Assembly (NCBI RefSeq): GCF_000143415.4
Contig: NW_003314311.1
Coordinates: forward strand, 124,001-188,000
DNA from: Selaginella moellendorffii
Lineage: Eukaryota > Plantae > Lycopodiophyta
Length of the DNA stretch: 64,000 bases
Direction of reading: 5' to 3'
Each line of letters begins with the position of its first letter. The stretch's first letter is position 1. A program made the position numbers and the translations under genes. The notes below the pieces were generated by a model, which saw nothing but the letters and a program-made list of their open reading frames with translations, did not search any database and had not been told where the DNA came from. Shown here in pieces: positions 24,872 through 37,490 of this stretch.

Positions 24872-25830
24872 TGTCGCAAATGTAATTGTAGGTATCAAAA
24901 GTTACTTGTTAGCAAGTTCTTTTGGGTATTCTTTCTTTACTACCATGACAACAAAAAATCGATATTGCTAAAACCCTTATCAATCCTTCTTGTGCTAGTG
25001 GAGTTAATTGGGTATTTCAAATGTACTTAAACCAAACAAGTATAAAAATGGAATTCCTACATACTATTAACTAAGCATACTTTGCCTGGTAAGAAGTCCT
25101 TGTCCCATTGTGTTTTATAGTGGCTAGTGACTAGAACCCTTGCAATATTGAGACTAGTCCCTTAATATTACTAGACGATAACTTATTGTGTTTGCCAAAC
25201 ACTCTTGCTATTATGCTTTTTGTGTTGGTCCCATTAACTATTTATGGGAAATGTTTAAATCTACTAATTAGGCATATCTACGAAATGTAGAGATTGTCCT
25301 AAACAAAATGATGTTGTTTCTACTTCTACATTTACAATTTAGAACCATTTTATACTTAATAAGTTTTTGTGATTGTCCCAAAGACTAACTCATATGACTA
25401 GGGCAAAAGCCTAAAGCATGTGTTCCTCAAGAGGAGGGGGGGTTTTAAATGTATAATAGGGATAATAGGTAAGTCAAGCATTGTCGACCAACCTAGGTTA
25501 TAGTCTAGCTCCTGCTTATGTGTTTGTCCTTGTTTTGCATCCAGCTTGAGTCTAAGCACATGTGGCTCCATTTTATATGCTAGTTTTAGCATTGGGATGT
25601 TAGAAACTTTACGACCGCCCTAACATCACTCCATTCTTTTATTCCTTTGCTTTTTGGGTTGTATGCTCCGAAGTCGCTCAATGTTTTTGTCCTTTCACTC
25701 CTTGGGTTGAAAGCTCAAGAGTCATTCTATGCTTCAATTTCTTTATTCCTTAGCTATATGGCTAAAAGTTTAGCTCTATCTCTTCATTCAGTGGCCCAAG
25801 GCTCTAAACTCAAGTTTTTCTTTGCTATCA
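24872..25830 (+). repeat. Degenerate LTR of the 60309 chromovirus-like family
   Basis: Starts TGTCGCAAATGT; shares ctatttatgg.aaa.tgt, ggcatatctac and gggggggttt.aaatgtata with 60309-61220. Confidence 0.75.
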
Positions 25831-27038
25831 TTAGCCCATTTTTTTAATGGTTAAGGTTTTTCTTTGTGGGAGTGTGGACCATACTTGAGCTTACGAGCTC
25901 ACGAGTTGAGCTCAATTTTCTACTGTAATTTAAAAAAAAATATTATTAACTTTAAAATATTGGTGAATCTAATAGTTTCACAACTCTCTATACATTATAT
26001 AGATAAAAACTTTCTAAAGGAAAATTCATATTCTAACAATTTAAATATTAATTATATGCCATGTTTATTAGAACATAAAATAAGATGTTTCTAGAAAAAG
26101 TATTCTTGTCACTTCCTCTTAAATCTATACTCTATGTTTTCTAGTTAGTAAATGTCAAGTTTGTTAGACTTTAAAAATTATTAAATTTGAAATAAGATTC
26201 TTTATAAGGCCATATAACCGTTTGAAAGGAAAAAAAAATATTGATGTAGACTTATTGCATATAAAAGAGAAACTTGATTCTTCTCTAGAATACATTCTTG
26301 AAGGGTTTAGCATAGTATAATGTTTAGATTTATGGATCTTCACTTGCACTCATATTCGAAGAAAGGGAAGTACATACAAACATTTATAGGTTCTAATGTC
26401 AGTAATTTTAACTCTTGCAATCTTTCTTCTCAAAGTAGTAATTCAAAGGCTAGAAGTTGCAATAATCATCCCATTGTATAACACAACCAAACCATATAAA
26501 AGAAAGAAAGAGAGGATAGTGAAGATAATAATCACGAGTTAAAGATAAATATAATGATAAAGAGTGTAACAAATTGGGTGGAAAAAAATGTTCTCCTACT
26601 TGTTTTAGAAAATTGCAATTCCATAACTTTCAAGAAATGCTTTATATATTTTCTAACTTTTAGTGAAAACAATGGCGATGATCAATATAATGGTATATAT
26701 ACTCTTGCGACACATTACAACATCACGCACCCGAAAGGTTATTATGAAATATGTTTTGGGTTGGTAAAGATAGAAATGAAGACATATAAGTACTATAGGC
26801 AATATTGTGAAAAGAACACTTGCAAGTATATGTAATAAAAAGTGAAATTAAAATTTTTTGTATTAATTATATAAAGTATAATAAGTTTATATTATTGATA
26901 GAGAATAAACATTGATAGTCTTGGAAAATCTAGTTAGCTCCAAAAGTCTTCTACAACTCAACAATAATAAAGCTTTCTTGGTGTATATGAATATCCACTT
27001 TAGGATTTTGGTGCAAGATGTTGATAAAAATATAGTAC

Positions 27039-27224
27039 TGTTGGGTTAAGGAGGGGCGCTTCCCCCAACGCTTGCTCAAACACAAAAAATGCTTCAATGC
27101 TCTTTGCAAAATGCCCTCTTTGCCTTTGTGGGGCAAGGGTTTTATACAAGGAAGATGGGGAATATTCTAAGGACCAGAATATTCCCTCTCTTTCTCTCAC
27201 TCTCTTGGTGGCCACGCCCTAACA
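27039..27224. repeat. Short (~186 bp) solo-LTR-like repeat; second copy at 54691-54876
   Basis: TGTTGGG...CCTAACA termini; shares gcttgctcaaaca, agggttttatacaaggaagatggggaa and aatattccctct. Confidence 0.75.
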
Positions 27225-28221
27225 TGCTGTAAGCGATTAAATTTTCTATTCTACTTTAGTCACTTAACCACACCTTCGACCACTTGGAGGAGTCTCACTT
27301 ACAACCTCCATAAGTCCTATTTTGGACTTGGGCTTGCTAGCCCCAAGAATGGCATCCCCGCCATTCAACCTTTGCACTTGGTCCAAGTGCTCCACGTGTC
27401 CGATCCTATGACCGACACCCCAAGGTACCACCGTCATATCAGCCCATTACGCTAAGGCCATGCCCATTCACCTTGGTCACATCGGTGGTCTGACACCACC
27501 TACATCACAGTCCCCCCTCTCAAAGACTGGGTCATTCGTCCATGAGTGATCATCCTAAATCCACTCCTTAGCATCCTTAGGATGCCCCTAAACATGGGGA
27601 ATAGCCTTCACCAATATCCCCTTTCCGGTCCCTACTAAGTCCCTTTCTGTCCTAGGCTATGTTCGCCAACACTGCCACTGGATCAAGGCCCATGAGCCTG
27701 ACCACTAAGTTTCACTGTCCTCTAGGACTTCCTCACTATGTGACTGTGTCCTTGGTCACCACACTAGAGGGCTACTCTTCTTCCTTTACACAGTCTGGGA
27801 CTTTGGGACAATATTTCGGAACACCGTGGCCCTACACAGCCCTCATGGGTACTCTCCCCACCTTCCGCATTTAGGTGCTCTAGCCATGGGCTTAGAGCGA
27901 GGTTCTGTTAAGCCACGCCTGGTATCCAAGTAGGTAGTGCCACCCACACTTGGACTAGGAGCATCGGCCAGTCGATCTCCCGGGGGAACTAGAGTCGGCT
28001 CTTGAACACTTCACCAAGCTACCCCGCTTGTCGGTCTGTGTTCACTCTAGTCTTGGACTTCCCAATGGGCAGCTCATCACCCAACACTGGGTACAGCCTT
28101 TCTGGGCCAAACTGGCCTTTTCTGGCCAAACTGGATCCACTACAGTCCTCCCCCTACTATACTTTTGGAGCTCACCAAACCCCCCAGGGTCTGGGATACG
28201 AACGCTTTGGGCTTTCACCCT

Positions 28222-28785
28222 CTCAGACTCGAACTTGGACTCGGACTCGGACTCGGACTTGGACTCGGACTCGGCCTCGGCCTCGGACTCGGTCCCGGTC
28301 TCAGTCTCGGTCTCGGTCTGGGTCTCGGTCTGGGTCTCGGTCTCGGTCCCAGTCTTGGTCTCGACCTCGGACTCCATCTCGGGTCCTTCTCGGACTCCAT
28401 CTCGGACTCCATCTCGAACTCCGTCTCGGTCCACCTCGGACTCCATCTCAGACTCCATCTCAAACTCCGTCTCGGTCCACCTCGGACTCCATCTTGGACT
28501 CCATCTCGAACTCCGTCTCGGTCCACCTCGGACTCCATCTCGGACTCCATCTTGGACTCCGTCTCGGTCCATCTCGGACTCCATCTCGGGTCCATCTCGG
28601 ACTCAATCTCGGATCCATCTCGGGTCCATCTCGGGTCCACCTCGGACTCAATCTCGGATCCATCTCGGGTCCATCTCGGGTCCACCTCGAACTCCATCTC
28701 GGGTCCATCTCGGACTCCATCTCGGACTCCATCTTGGGTCCATCTCGGACTCCATCTCGGGTCCATCTCGAACTCCATCTCGGAC
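28222..28785. repeat. LTR-internal tandem array (CTCGGA/CTCGGT hexamers, then CTCGGACTCCAT 12-mers and CTCGGGTCCAT variants)
   Basis: Directly visible; explains the overlapping low-complexity ORFs. Confidence 0.95.
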
Positions 28786-31700
28786 ACTTCCACGTGTTAT
28801 GTGTTGGTCCTTTTGGGTCCCTTTTTGGAGCCTCGCTTATTGCTTGCTTCATGCTCGTTCTTTGAGCACTCCGTTGGGAGTTCCACTCTTGCTCTCAACC
28901 TTTCAAGTCGGAGCCTTTTAGTCCAAATGTGTTACGCTCGTTTGGCTTTCGCTTTGGCCACTACCACGTGGCACCCTTTCGGCTCCACTTTGGGGCTTAA
29001 GGATTTGTGTCTCACAACTCCACCACCCATAGACGAAGTTCGATGTCCTCATCGAATGGTAAACCCTTTTATAAAGTAACACCTGCAAGTATTACCATTT
29101 ATATCCTTGGCACCCAGCCAATATTTGTCTATGGTTTGACCCCGAAGGCTTGCCATGCCTTGTCCATCCTCTAAGGGCATAGTCTCTCCAACATAGAGAC
29201 TCATTCGGCCACCTAGGGTGGTTTGCTCCCTTTTATTGGTTCAGTTCTCGCTAATCCGTTAGAGACACCTTCTCTAACTCAATTCCATTACTCATTCTCG
29301 AGTAGTCCTAACTTCTATTGACATAACCAATTCATTTTGGAACTTTTAATTTTGACTTCTCGAAGTTAATTTTTTTGGTGTCTTTGACACCTTTCACTGC
29401 ACATATTGTGCAACTTCACTTCCCATCCTAGGAAACTCCCCACTTGAGGGTGCCATTGTCCTCTCTATTTTATGCCACTTTTGGCACCAAGTTCCAGCCA
29501 TCGTAAGTTGTGCTAGAGCTATCCACAGCCCTATCTTTTGGCTACTTCGCCACTCCCTTCCTTGGAGCTTTCACCTTTGCCAACTTGGAGCATTTGGGAA
29601 TCCATCGTTGGAAGCACACTTCCTTTCTCACAATCCATTAGCATCCAATACATTAGTGTTCCATGCCTAACTTTGCCATTTGGATTCCTTTCAATGAACT
29701 CCATGGCCCACACTTGGCCACTAGTTTTTTGCTTTTATCCATTGATTGTTGCACTGAGCAATATAGGATCACTACCTCCATTCTCGATGTATCCTTTTGG
29801 TTCCATGGCAAAAGCTCTACTTTGCTAAGTCTAGTGGGTGCTCACCCTTAGTAGGTCTCTTTAGCAATTTTTGCTATGGGCTTCGTCCACGGCCCAACTT
29901 TGTGACCCTTCCATGGATCTCTCCCCGAGACTACTTTCTTGGACTTACTATACCATCGTATTGGCACAATTGATTTCCCTTTAGGTGTCCTTCTCACTTG
30001 GTCACCTCGACCAAGTCACACCATTATCAATAGTTCAAATTAACACTTTGAACTGGGAATCATATTCCTTAACCCAAACAAAGACCTTGTCTTTGTTTAG
30101 CCACAAGATCACCTGGTGATCTCATCTTGACCCCTTAACAGGTCTATCAATAAGAACTAGGTCTTTTAGACCCTTTTAAATTGTTGACAATGACCCCGGG
30201 GGCATTCCCCACACTTGGCGGTGCACCCAAGCTAGCCCTTCCGGCCAAGGATCCATAGCAACTAAGACTGGGTGTCCCCATCTCATTCACCACGTCCTTA
30301 GTGCCTTTTGCACCAAACTGTTCAAATTAGATATGCCGAACTTTCACTCTAAGCAATCTAACCGTGCATCACGACTCCGGGGCATCCCCCGCTTGGCAGT
30401 GTGCCCAAACTAGTCTCTTTACTAAGAGTCCATGACCACCGAAAAATGAGTGTCCTTATATTCCAAACCATCACCGTGCCCTAGTGAATTGGGACTCGAA
30501 CCCAAGCATTAGAGGGTCGGGACTCGAACCCAACCTCCATATATCCATTTACGGACGGCATCACATGGGATACCTGGCGTGACTCCCCACGCCGGTGCAC
30601 CAACTTATATTTAAAGTGCGCTACAGATCACAGCTTAGGAACCTAGTTCCTCCGCATTGCCAAATCCTCTCACTTGACATGTTTTGTGATCATGCATGGA
30701 CTCTTCCATGCTCGGCCCCCTGGGCCACCCTTTTGAAGTTGGCACCTTCAACTAAGGGATTTGTTCCCCCCGACTTGCCAATCTCGCTTGGCAAGTCATT
30801 CGGCCACCGTAACATGGTTCATGCATAAGCATGAAAGTCCTTAACTATCAACTTTCGTTCAAACTCTTTGAACACTCGGGAATTACTTCCCCAATCTTGA
30901 TAGCCTCGGTTCATGGCAAGCTTCAAAACCACTCTTCTGCTGCGCCACTCTGATTTCGCGTGTTCTATGAACCATTTACACTTGGTTAACTAGGTACTTA
31001 ACTACCTAGGGGAACGTTCAAGGAACTTTGTTCCTTGGCTTGCTAAGGCCTCTCCTTTCGCAAGCTTGCCAATTACCATATAGTCTAACATAGACAATCC
31101 CATGTTTTAGACTCTTCATGGCATCCCGGTCGCTAGTAACAACATGCTTGAGCACCCACTTGATTCTCCACTCCCAACTTGCATAACCACCCTTGGTCAT
31201 GCCTGTCAATTTCTATAGTTCGGTTCTATCCCTAGACTACTTGCCTTTTGGCCTCATACATTTCCTTCGGTCATTCTCCTCCAGACTAGGAAGATAGCTT
31301 TGCACTTTCTACCATGCCTTGGCAAGTATTCATAAGGATGAACCTACTCGACAGCCTAGGGAGTGGTTCCTCAATCCGGGTTTGCTCACCTTGTAATCTC
31401 ACACACTAGGATCACCGTTGCTACTTATGGGCTTTTATATGCTCATCACTAGCCTTGCCAAAATCCCTCTTTGGCTTTGTCTAATTTGGGTAGATGGACT
31501 TCTCCTGTCTCCACAACCTTGGACATTTGGATAGCACCTCTTATCCTTCATTCGCTAGGGACTTTGTCCCTTCCATTGCCCTCATGACACCAAATACCCC
31601 TTTCTGGTGTTCTAGAGTGTTTGGGTATCCCAATAATGGCCTCTTTGACAATGAGCATTCCCTTTTCGACATTGACTTACTATATCGTAACATAAGCAAT

Positions 31701-34029
31701 TTATCCCTTATAAGGGTATATCGAACTTCTTTATCCCAATAAGAAGTCTTAGGTAGTTGCCTTCTACCAGTTTATAAATTATTTTGCATCTTTTGCTTAG
31801 TTGCCTCATAGTTATCAAGTCCTACAACTTATTGCTGGTGCTTCCACACCTCCATCATTATCTGGGTCACCACACTCTAACCGCATGCCTTCCAACTTAG
31901 GCTATGCTATTCCCATTTCCATTGGGATTCCTCTGGAAGGGGTTCTCATGAACCCACCAACTTGACCTCAAGGCAACACGCCTTGGCACCTTCGGTGTCT
32001 CCACACCATCGGCTCCACGAGCTTACCTTTATGACACCTCTTACTTGTGTTTAGGTATTTTTGCCAAGACTAATATGGTTGTCTCTTAGGCCAATTATCC
32101 ATTAGCATTGCACCATAGAGTTCATGCACAACTTTGTGTCAAAGTTGTTTTCTTCCGGGAAACTTTTTCCCACGACTTTAGCATGGCACCTTCTGCCATC
32201 AATGAGATACATATTGCTCTTATTCTTGGATCTCAAGATCTTCCCCATCCTTCATGGGGCACCACACACCTCAGTCCAAATGCTTTCCTCAAGCCCTTAG
32301 GATTATTCCTTGACTCTATTGGAGTCATTGAACCTTTTGCACTTTGTTAATCTGACGACCTATGAGGTCCTAGTTTTGAGGTGCTAACTCACTAGAATAC
32401 AACTCCTTGTATTCATGTCCTACTCACAAGGACCATCTTTTGCAAGTGTTACTCCGACACTTGATTTGTTCTCTAGGGGCAACCTTTCACCCCTTAGGAC
32501 CACTTGTCCATGTGATGAGAATACCAGCTCATCCTCTAAATACACCCCCAACTCCTTGGGTTGTTCCAGCATTTATTAGAGGTAGTTCCGGCTACCATTT
32601 CAAGGACTTGTGTCCTTTTCTGTATTTGACCTTCCGCGGTCATTACTTCTGGTCTCAAATTCATGAGCACCAGCCTCAACTTCATGAGGGTAATCTTGTG
32701 ACTCCTTTAACGTTTTGGAATCTCTATCTTCCTTGTGATCCCAACTATAGTTGTTTACCACAACTACATTAGCCAGTTTGTTAAGTCAAATGCTCATCTG
32801 GATCACATCCTCAACTCAATGAGGAAAACCTTGCATTGTTCCCAAGATCCCAAAGTCGTTCCATCATTGGCCCTTTTCTATCCACCACCTTGTCTACAAG
32901 TCCACACATGAACTGTAGTGGAGAGGCATGTCTTCCCGACTTGCTACTCCTCAAGGACAAGCCCACTCCTAGGACCTTCCGATGCCAACACTAGTGGTGA
33001 TATACTTCAGCACCAATAAAAGTCAGACTAAGGAACAGCTTCGATACCAAGTTGTAAGCGACTAAATTTTCCATTCTACTTTAGTCACTTAACCACACCT
33101 TCGACCACTTGGAGGAGTCTCACTCACAACCTCCATAAGTCCTATTTTGGACTTGGGCTTGGTAGCCCCGAGAATGGCATCCCCGCCATTCAATCTTTGC
33201 ACTTGGTCCAAGTGCTCCACGTGTCCGATCCCATGACTGACACCCCAAGGTACCACCGTCATATCAGCCTATTACGCTAAGGCTATGCCCATTCACCTTA
33301 GTCACATCGATGGTCTGACACCACCTACATCACAGTCCTGCCTCTCAAAGACTGGGTCATTCGTCCATGAGTGATCATCCTAGATCCACTCCTTAGCATC
33401 CTTAGGATGCCCCTAGACATGGGGAATAACTTTCCCCAATATCCCCTTTCTGGTCCCCACTAAGTCCCTTTCTATCCTAGGCCGTGTTCGCCAACACCGC
33501 CACTGGATCAAGGCCCACGAGCCTGACCACTAAGTTTCACTGTCCTCTAGGACTTCCTCACTGTGTGACTGTGTCCTTGGTCACCACACCAGAGGGCTAC
33601 TCCTCTTCCTTTACACAGTCTGGGACTTTGGGACAATATTTCGGAACACCATGGCCCTACACAGCCCTCATGGGTACTCTCCCCACCTTCCGCATTTAGG
33701 TGCTCTAGCCATGGGCTTAGAGCGAGGTTTCGTTGAGCCACGCCTGGTATCCAAGTAGGTAGTGCCACCCACACTTGGACTGGGAGCATTGGCCAGTCGA
33801 TCTCCCGGGGGAACTAGAGCCGGCTCTTGAACACTTCACCAAGCTACCCCGCTTGTTGGTCTGTGTTCACTCTAGTCTTAGACTTCCCAATGGGCAGCTC
33901 ATCACCCAACACTGGGTACAACCTTTCTGGGCCAAACTGGCTCCACTACAGTCCTCCCCCTACTATACTTTTGGAGCTCACCAAACCCCCCAGGCTCTGG
34001 GAGACGAATGCTTTGGGCTTTCACCCTCT

Positions 34030-34121
34030 TAGACTCAAACTCAAACTCGGACTCGGACTCGGACTCGGACTCGGACTCGGCCTCGGCCTCGGTCTCGGTA
34101 CCGATCTCGGTCTCGGTCTCG

Positions 34122-34154
<33 letters not shown>

Positions 34155-34535
34155 CCGGTCTTGGTCTCGACCTCGGACTCCATCTCGGGTCCATCTCGGA
34201 CTCCATCTCAGACTCCATCTCGAACTCCGTCTCGGTCCACCTCGGACTCCATCTCGGACTCCATCTCGGTCCACCTCAGACTCCATCTCAGACTCCATCT
34301 TGGACTCCGTCTCAGTCCATCTCGGACTCCATCTCGGGTCCGTCTCAGACTCATTCTCGGATCCATCTCGGGTCCATCTCGGGTCCACCTCGGACTCAAT
34401 CTCGGATCCATCTCGGATCCATCTCGGGTCCACCTCGGACTCCATCTCGGGTCCATCTCGGACTCCATCTTGGGTCCATCTTCGACTCCATCTCGGACTC
34501 CATCTTGGGTCGATCTCGGACTCCATCTCGGACAC
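34030..34535. repeat. LTR-internal tandem array (same satellite)
   Basis: Same units as 28222-28785, different copy number. Confidence 0.95.
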
Positions 34536-34728
34536 TTCCACGTGTCATGTGTTGGTCCTTTTGGGTCCCTTTTTGGAGCCTCGCTTATTACTTGCTTCAT
34601 GCTCGTTCCTTGAGCACTCCGTTGAGAGTTCCACTCCTGCTCTCAACCTTTTAAGTCGGAGCCTTTTAGTCCAAACGTGTTACGCTCGTTTGGCTTTCAC
34701 TTTGGCCACTACCACGTGGCACCCTTTC

Positions 34729-37490
34729 GTGAAGTTTGGAGACAAGGAGGAAAATCCGGTGGGAAACCTTGTAGTCAAACTGAACCCTAAAGTTGAAGAA
34801 AAGTGTAGAAAAAGTGTGAAAAGAGGAGGAAAATAGAGGAAAAGGAGTGAGCACCCAAAGAACTTAACCCATACTTGGATTTCGGCTTAGGAAAGTGTAA
34901 TATGCAAATGCAGCCTCTTGATGACTTTCAGTATGCTCCAAAGATTGGCCGAAATCGAGAAAGAAAGAGAGGTAGAAGAGGGGATGCATTGCCCAAGCAT
35001 GGTAAGTGTGAAAATGAAGAAAGATGGAGTGATATGATGGAGTTCCGAGATAGTGGTGGCACTTTGAAAAGGTGGCCATTGTTAACCATTGGCCTGTAGA
35101 GTAAGTGTTGACCACTCAGAGTAGCCAGTAACCGATAACCAGTAACCGATAACCAGTAACTAGTAACCAGTAATTGGGGACCTATAACCTATAACTAATA
35201 ACCACCTGCTCTCACTCCTACTCCTGTGCCTGCTCCAGCACCGATATGGTGGAGTGATATGGTGGAGTGCTGAGATGGGGTGGCACTCTGAGAAGGAATC
35301 TGATGTGTTGGACTGAAGAAGTCAACAGCTAAAAAGGATGTCGTAGTCACTAGGTTGCCAGTAAAGGGAGGTGGCATGTGTCCATTGAGTGCTGGAGTAG
35401 AAGAAAATGGCTTTGGCTTCTGTGGCCTCGCCTAAAGATCCACCTAGGTGCCTTGAGTGAACAGGTTCACCTGGTTGGAAGAAAGTCGCTCTAGAAAAGC
35501 TGGTGCATTGTCGGCAAATGGTCGTAAGGATATCTCGGAAACAGCATGTCCAAATGAGGTGGTGTCATTTGCTGCTGGTGCACGTATGGTGTAAATGTGA
35601 CCTCAAACAGAAATGTGAATGATAGTGAAAGAATGAAAGATGCAAAACAGGCATCTAGAGGTAAGTGTGGGCAACACTGCTGGAAGTGATTGGTGATGGA
35701 ATTGTGAGTGTAGATGATATGGAATGAGTGAGGGGAATGTGTGGGGTGTAGTAATGGTAAGGGAAGGGCCAAAGAACCTGGAACATAAACCGAGCCAAGC
35801 GAGGAACCTCTATACAAATGGCAATGTAGCCTGAGTGCGAAATCCAAGGCATGGGCCATGGTCCAATGGAGAAACACCCTCTAAAAGTAAGAAAAGTAGC
35901 CATGAAAGTAAAGTGAAAGAAAGGAAGAAAAAAAAAAAAAAGAGAAAAGGAACACCTCACCAGATGAAGCATTTGAAATGAGAGTGGTTGTGAGCATGTG
36001 GGAGCTCACGTCCATCAGCATCAACTAACACATATGCTCCACCTCCGATGTGTCGCTGGACAAAGTAGGGGCCGGTCCAGCAAGGGGAGAACTTCGAAGG
36101 TGGCATAAACTCCTTGAGTAGAACAAGATCGCCATCCTCGAAGGGTTTGGCAGACCGCTGGTGATCAATGACTGACTTGATCTTCTGTTTGCCTCGAAGG
36201 AGATGTTCTAATGTGGATCGTTGTTGTTCTTCCAAGGCAAGAACCTCCAAGTCATGTGCATGAAGCTTGTCCTCATTGCTAAACTGCATCACTGCTGTGT
36301 ATCAAAGTGAAAGTGAGAGTGATGGCACTTGGATCTCCACTGGAAGCATGGCCTCTATCCCATAGATAAGGGAGAATGGGGTCGCAGAGATGGATGTCTT
36401 GAAGGACGTCCGAAAGACCCACAACGTTGTAACCAAGTGCTCGTACCAATGCTTTGGGTGATCCTCCACAAGCTTTGAGATGATTGCCTTCAATATTTTG
36501 TTGCTAGACTCTACTTAACCATTGCACTCAGGATAATAGCTGCTGCTCTTCACGTGCTTGACCTACAGCTGTTGGAGAAGATGCTGCATCACCTGTCCAA
36601 GGAAGCCACTACCACAATCGGAAACCAAAACAGCAGGAACTCCGAATCGGCAAATGATGTACTTGTAGATAAACTTTGCTGTAAACTGTCGCAGAGGGGT
36701 GGCCTCAACCCATTTTGTGAAATAGTCCGTCGCCACGATGATGTATCACTGTCTTTTTGAGCTTGGTGGGATGATTGGGCAAATGAAGTTGAGTCCCCAC
36801 TAGAAAAAGGGACCCAGAGAAGTAATGAGCTGGAAAGGAAGATGTGGAACATGGCTTTGGGGGTTGAACCGTTGGCACTGCTCACATGCCTTTGCATAGG
36901 CCAAGCTATCCTGGTGAATCTGAGGCCAAAAGTAGCCATGGCGCAAGAGGAGCTGTGCTGTGACTCGTCCCGAGAAATGCTCCACACAAGAGTGGAAAGT
37001 GCGAAAGAGCTCAGGGACCTCGTGTTCCCCCACACACTGCAACAAAACCTCCTAAGAATTTCTCCTGTAAAGGTGTCCGTCGAGAAGGCAAAACCCCCAT
37101 GCTCAGATCTCCAATGCCTTTTGTTGCACTAGTGAGGAATCTGCTGGGAATTGAGCTGAATCCAGGTACACTAAAATGTCCTGTAATGTTGCTGGGACTA
37201 CAAAGGAAGTAGCTTCAAAAACCAAGAACTCGCTCAGATCCATCACACGCTTGCGCCGCATGTGAAAAGTTGGCTGAAACTCTTGGATAGTCACAATCCA
37301 AGATAAAGTACGAGGACTGTGAACCGGTCGCTGTAAAAGAAAGGTCAACACATTAAAATAGACATGGAAATGGATACAAGCTCCAGCGAGAAAGTAATGA
37401 AATCGCTCCAAGGTGTAAACAACATCCACTGCTTCTTTTTCTGCATCCACGTACTTCTTCTCAGTCTCCTTGAACGAATGTGATGCTCTT
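34729..37490 (-). mobile_element. Ty3/gypsy (Athila/Tat-like) 3' fragment: RNase H, integrase, 3' LTR
   Basis: RH ASHSFKETEKKY..EKEA...WIVTIQEF; INT HFSGR..GYFWP..CEQCQ, TPFSLIYG, WTGPY; purine tract then TG at 35876; LTR ~34729-35876. Confidence 0.8.

Larger units (their letters stand above)
27228..34728 (-). mobile_element. Degenerate LTR retrotransposon (copia-like, likely non-autonomous) with ~1.8-kb satellite-bearing LTRs
   Basis: LTRs at 27228-29016 and 33053-34728 (the latter truncated where another LTR begins at 34729). Minus-strand PBS-Met TGGTATCGAAGC at 33049-33038 and PPT-like ATGGGTGGTGGAGT next to 29016. Faint copia RT/RH remnants inside. Confidence 0.85.

Noticed and set aside
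28002-29079. Long overlapping ORFs (also 33827-34836 and 49142-50373)
   Set aside because: Products of the stop-poor LTR satellite in all frames; no protein domain.
35125-35205. AACCAGT/AACCGAT heptamer run (similar at ~53770)
   Set aside because: Short LTR-internal microsatellite, not a telomeric array.
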